In this document: in pieces, positions 61,044 to 64,000 of the stretch
Position numbering within the stretch: position 1 is the first letter of the stretch
How the letters are laid out: every line of letters starts with the position of its first letter
Origin: Squalus acanthias
Taxonomy: Eukaryota
Direction of reading: 5' to 3'
Assembly (NCBI GenBank): GCA_030390025.1
Contig: CM059432.1
Span: forward strand, 86,120,001 to 86,184,000
DNA: 64,000 bases
Position numbers and translations under genes: made by a program
The notes under the pieces: generated by a model
Database searches by the model: none
Told to the model about the DNA's origin: nothing
The model's input: the letters and a program-made list of their open reading frames with translations, nothing else

Positions 61044-62199
61044 TTGAGGCAGCTGCAAACCCAACTGCCCTGACAATGAGGTGCTGTAGCATCAGTGCAC
61101 CTCCCCTTTAAGTAGTGGAAAAAGCCTGTAGCAAACATGACTGTGAATTAGACTGGCCCCGATATTGGTGCACCTGTTGAGCGTTAAGCCACTGAGCATC
61201 AGTTTTAGCACTGAAATCATGACTATAGTCATGTTAATGACGAGTGAGTACGAATTTTGCATGCTACCTAGACCATTTTCAGGTGGTGCAGCTTAACCTC
61301 GTTTGGCCTTAACACTGCCCATTTCATGGCTGTATCCAATTTTTAGCCCATAGTCTCTAATCAAGCCAATAGACTGGCTACTTAATGCTGTTAATTTGTC
61401 AGCCTTCTAAGGGCTTTAATGCTAAATTAATCTCACCAATTCATATCAGTCTTAGACACTGATCTCAACTATTGGTTGATAATCAGCATTCCAGTTAATG
61501 CCAATTTACTGTGATACCACTGAACTGCTTTTACATCTGTTATTCAAATTGCTAGGTGACCTTGTCTACAACTATTTGCTGCTTAAGTTTGAGTATTGCT
61601 AATCATGGTTTTGATTGTTAGTGCATGACCTTTTGTCTGACTTCTTCTTTGATGATTTGACAAGAAAGGGTCAATTAATTTACTCAGCAACTTGTGGGTA
61701 TCTTAATTGAGGGTTCGTGAGGTAAACATGAATTCAATCTGAACTCACTGATGTAAGGCAATTCGCCAAGCCAAATTTATGTCTCATTCACTTCTAGGCA
61801 TAAGCTGGGCTGTTAACCCTAGATGACTCTTTAGCGAGGAGTTAAGGTGAAGAGGTTAAGTACTCATCTGGTTCCTAGATGAATATTTGTTAGAATACCA
61901 AGCCCAGTATTCTTACAAGACCTATGCAGGACATATTGCAATATGCAAGCCTCCTTGGTGTTCTAGATGTTCAAGTTCAAAGATTCAGAGCACACATACC
62001 CTTCACTAAATGTTTAATCCTAGTGTGATGGGCAAAGATGATAGCTCCCTGCTAGGGTGCAGAGCGATAGCTAGGAACAGACTGGAATCCTCCGTCCCTG
62101 CAGCCGTTTCTTTTTGCCAAAAATCCACCTTGTAGCTTGGTCCTGGATTTCACAGAAGTGTTCAAAGAAGCCATTTCATTGCATGCCTGTTAGTTTTAT

Positions 62200-62785
62200 A
62201 TGCCATAATCTTAACTTTGCTGTCACTAAAAAAAGACAAGAAATATGAAAGTGCCCTTTTACCCCCTTCCCAGCACAGTCCCAAAGAACCATGTTCAGGC
62301 AAAGCTGACAGCTACAAGAACTCTCAATTACCTATCGGAATCAACAATTAGGACAGAACCCATTATGTCTTCCAATTAATTCTTTTGTGATTTCCTCATA
62401 ATACCACCACACTTCAAGACATTCACCACCATATTCTATTGTTCAAGCTGGCAAGTAGAGTGTACTTGATCTCCAGACAAATCTACTAATAACACAGTAT
62501 CGTGTATGAAAAAAGTACTGAAATTCTTTCAAAAATGCCTGGAATAGACAACTCTGAGACAACCCCGTTATGATGTCATCCAACAAATTGTTGATGAAGA
62601 CGTTGAATAGGTTGGATAAGAAAGTAAAACCTTGCCTTAGTTCTCTTTTGAGTGAAATAGTTAAATGAGTCTCACATCTACTCTTATATTGATCTTGGAG
62701 TGGAAAGCGCATCCTATATAAAATCCAAGATTTGGCCGTGTACTCCTTCAGCTTCCAGTTTCTTCATGATGGCTGTGTGAGGCTA
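62200..62785 (-). mobile_element. Ancient non-LTR reverse transcriptase fossil, clade unresolved
   Basis: PHTAIMKKLEAEGVHGQILDFI, LRQGFTFLSNLFNVFINNLLD and VNVLKCG remnants in RT order, with stops and frameshifts. Confidence 0.55.
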
Positions 62786-63529
62786 GGTTGCAAGACTTAC
62801 AAAATGGATCAAAGTAACCCAAGTAGAATCACCCTAAACTTTACAACATTCAGTGATCTGAATAAAGCTTCAACCTACTCTACACATTCCATGAATGCAA
62901 AATCCAGATAGTTTCTTTCTGATTAATCCACAGGCCTCCAAAGAATTTGACACGAGTGCCACATATAAAGAGAAGACAGGCAAGATATCAGGGCATTGTT
63001 GAACCTCACCTCCATAAAGGAAATAATTCCAAAATTTGTTTCAAATCAGTCCTACACTACATCATAAAGTGGATACATGAATTCATAATAATGTAGATAG
63101 TGTTATCTGCAATTAGTGGTAGGATATCTCTAAACCCTTTTCACATGCTTATCAAAGTGAACTCTAGAATTCTATAGTAACCCATTTAAACCCAACTGTG
63201 ACTAATGTAACTTTACAGACTAAAAAATTGGGGAAAGTTGCCAATTGCTAATTTTAGTGAAAACTATAAACGTTTTGCTGGCGTCTACTTTTTCCTTTAA
63301 AATTAACCTTGGAAATGGTTTAGAACATCAACTTGCATAGCAATAGTCGTTGAAGACATCACTGTGGAGACATTCTATCAGCTGCAACAATTGAGATAGC
63401 AGCAGTTAACAATGTCAAAATAATAGTTTTACCACAATAGCATAGTTCATTCAAACTACATCACTATCATAAGGGGAAAAAATCACTTATACTAGCATGG
63501 TATGGAATAAAGCATCCTAAAGAGATATT

Positions 63530-64000
63530 GGGCCGTATTTTCCGATCGGAGGCTTCCTGTGTGCGGAGGCCTCCGATCTGGAAAAAATCTCTGGACTTAC
63601 CTGAGGGCTCCCGAGGTCCGGACACTTCTGCTCCTGGGCCTCTCCAACTCGAAATGTGCAGGGCCCACGTATCCCAGAGGCGCATGCAGTTCGCAAGCAT
63701 CCCTGGGATCCCATGGGGAGCCAACAGGAGAAGGGAATCTCCCTTCATACACTTGACAGATAGACCTGTCAAATATATGAATGGAGATCACCCCAAAAAC
63801 ACTGTAAAACATTAAATACATTTTTTTTTAAATCACATTTTTAAAATGAGTTGAAATTACAATAAATTAAATATTTTAAACAAAAATTAAAATTTTTGAA
63901 AAAAATAATTAAAGTTTTTTACGGGGCTAAAATAAACTTACCTTTTTAAAAAAGTATTTTTAAATGATAAATGAGTGGAAAAATATATATTTTTTTTACT
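63530..64000. mobile_element. Harbinger MITE, ~750-bp family, copy 3 (runs off window)
   Basis: Starts GGGCCGTATTTTCCGATC; closely matches 441-910. Confidence 0.9.

Larger units (their letters stand above)
58842..61349 (+). mobile_element. PIF/Harbinger transposon retaining the transposase gene
   Basis: Perfect 14-bp TIR GGGCTAAAAATTGG; TSD ATA; HARBI1-like transposase. Confidence 0.95.
57987..61728 (+). mobile_element. Possible solo LTR, interrupted by Harbinger 58842-61349
   Basis: Duplicated tgtc(t/c)tcaaaatggagt, CCAAT (~58365), TATATAA (~58405), TG..CA-like ends; no convincing TSD. Confidence 0.3.

Overview
Vertebrate genomic DNA, most likely a shark (elasmobranch), judged from HE1/V-domain and Deu-domain SINEs and shark-type CR1 tails. 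Most of the window is transposon-derived and lies inside introns of one minus-strand host gene. Three phase-compatible exons (52561-52708, 18197-18252, 1562-1695) splice into an open frame resembling vertebrate C8orf89; its first coding exon was not found. Nearly all long ORFs in the track are TE fragments. Retroelements: CR1, L2, a jockey/CR1-group LINE, a degraded L1, and a near-complete Penelope element (RT + GIY-YIG + minimal hammerhead motif). DNA transposons: hAT MITEs with 8-bp TSDs and many PIF/Harbinger elements and MITEs with 3-bp TSDs. Most notable points: (1) Harbinger derivatives that kept either the Myb/SANT gene or the transposase gene; (2) a Penelope hairpin captured and amplified inside a Harbinger subfamily; (3) a SINE-CR1 chimera with a single TSD inserted antisense into a sibling SINE; (4) a 153-bp locally templated insertion; (5) four-level TE nesting. 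No prokaryotic system, CRISPR array, rRNA or true tRNA gene is supported. Family names come from recognised motifs and memory, not database searches; many old-element boundaries are approximate.
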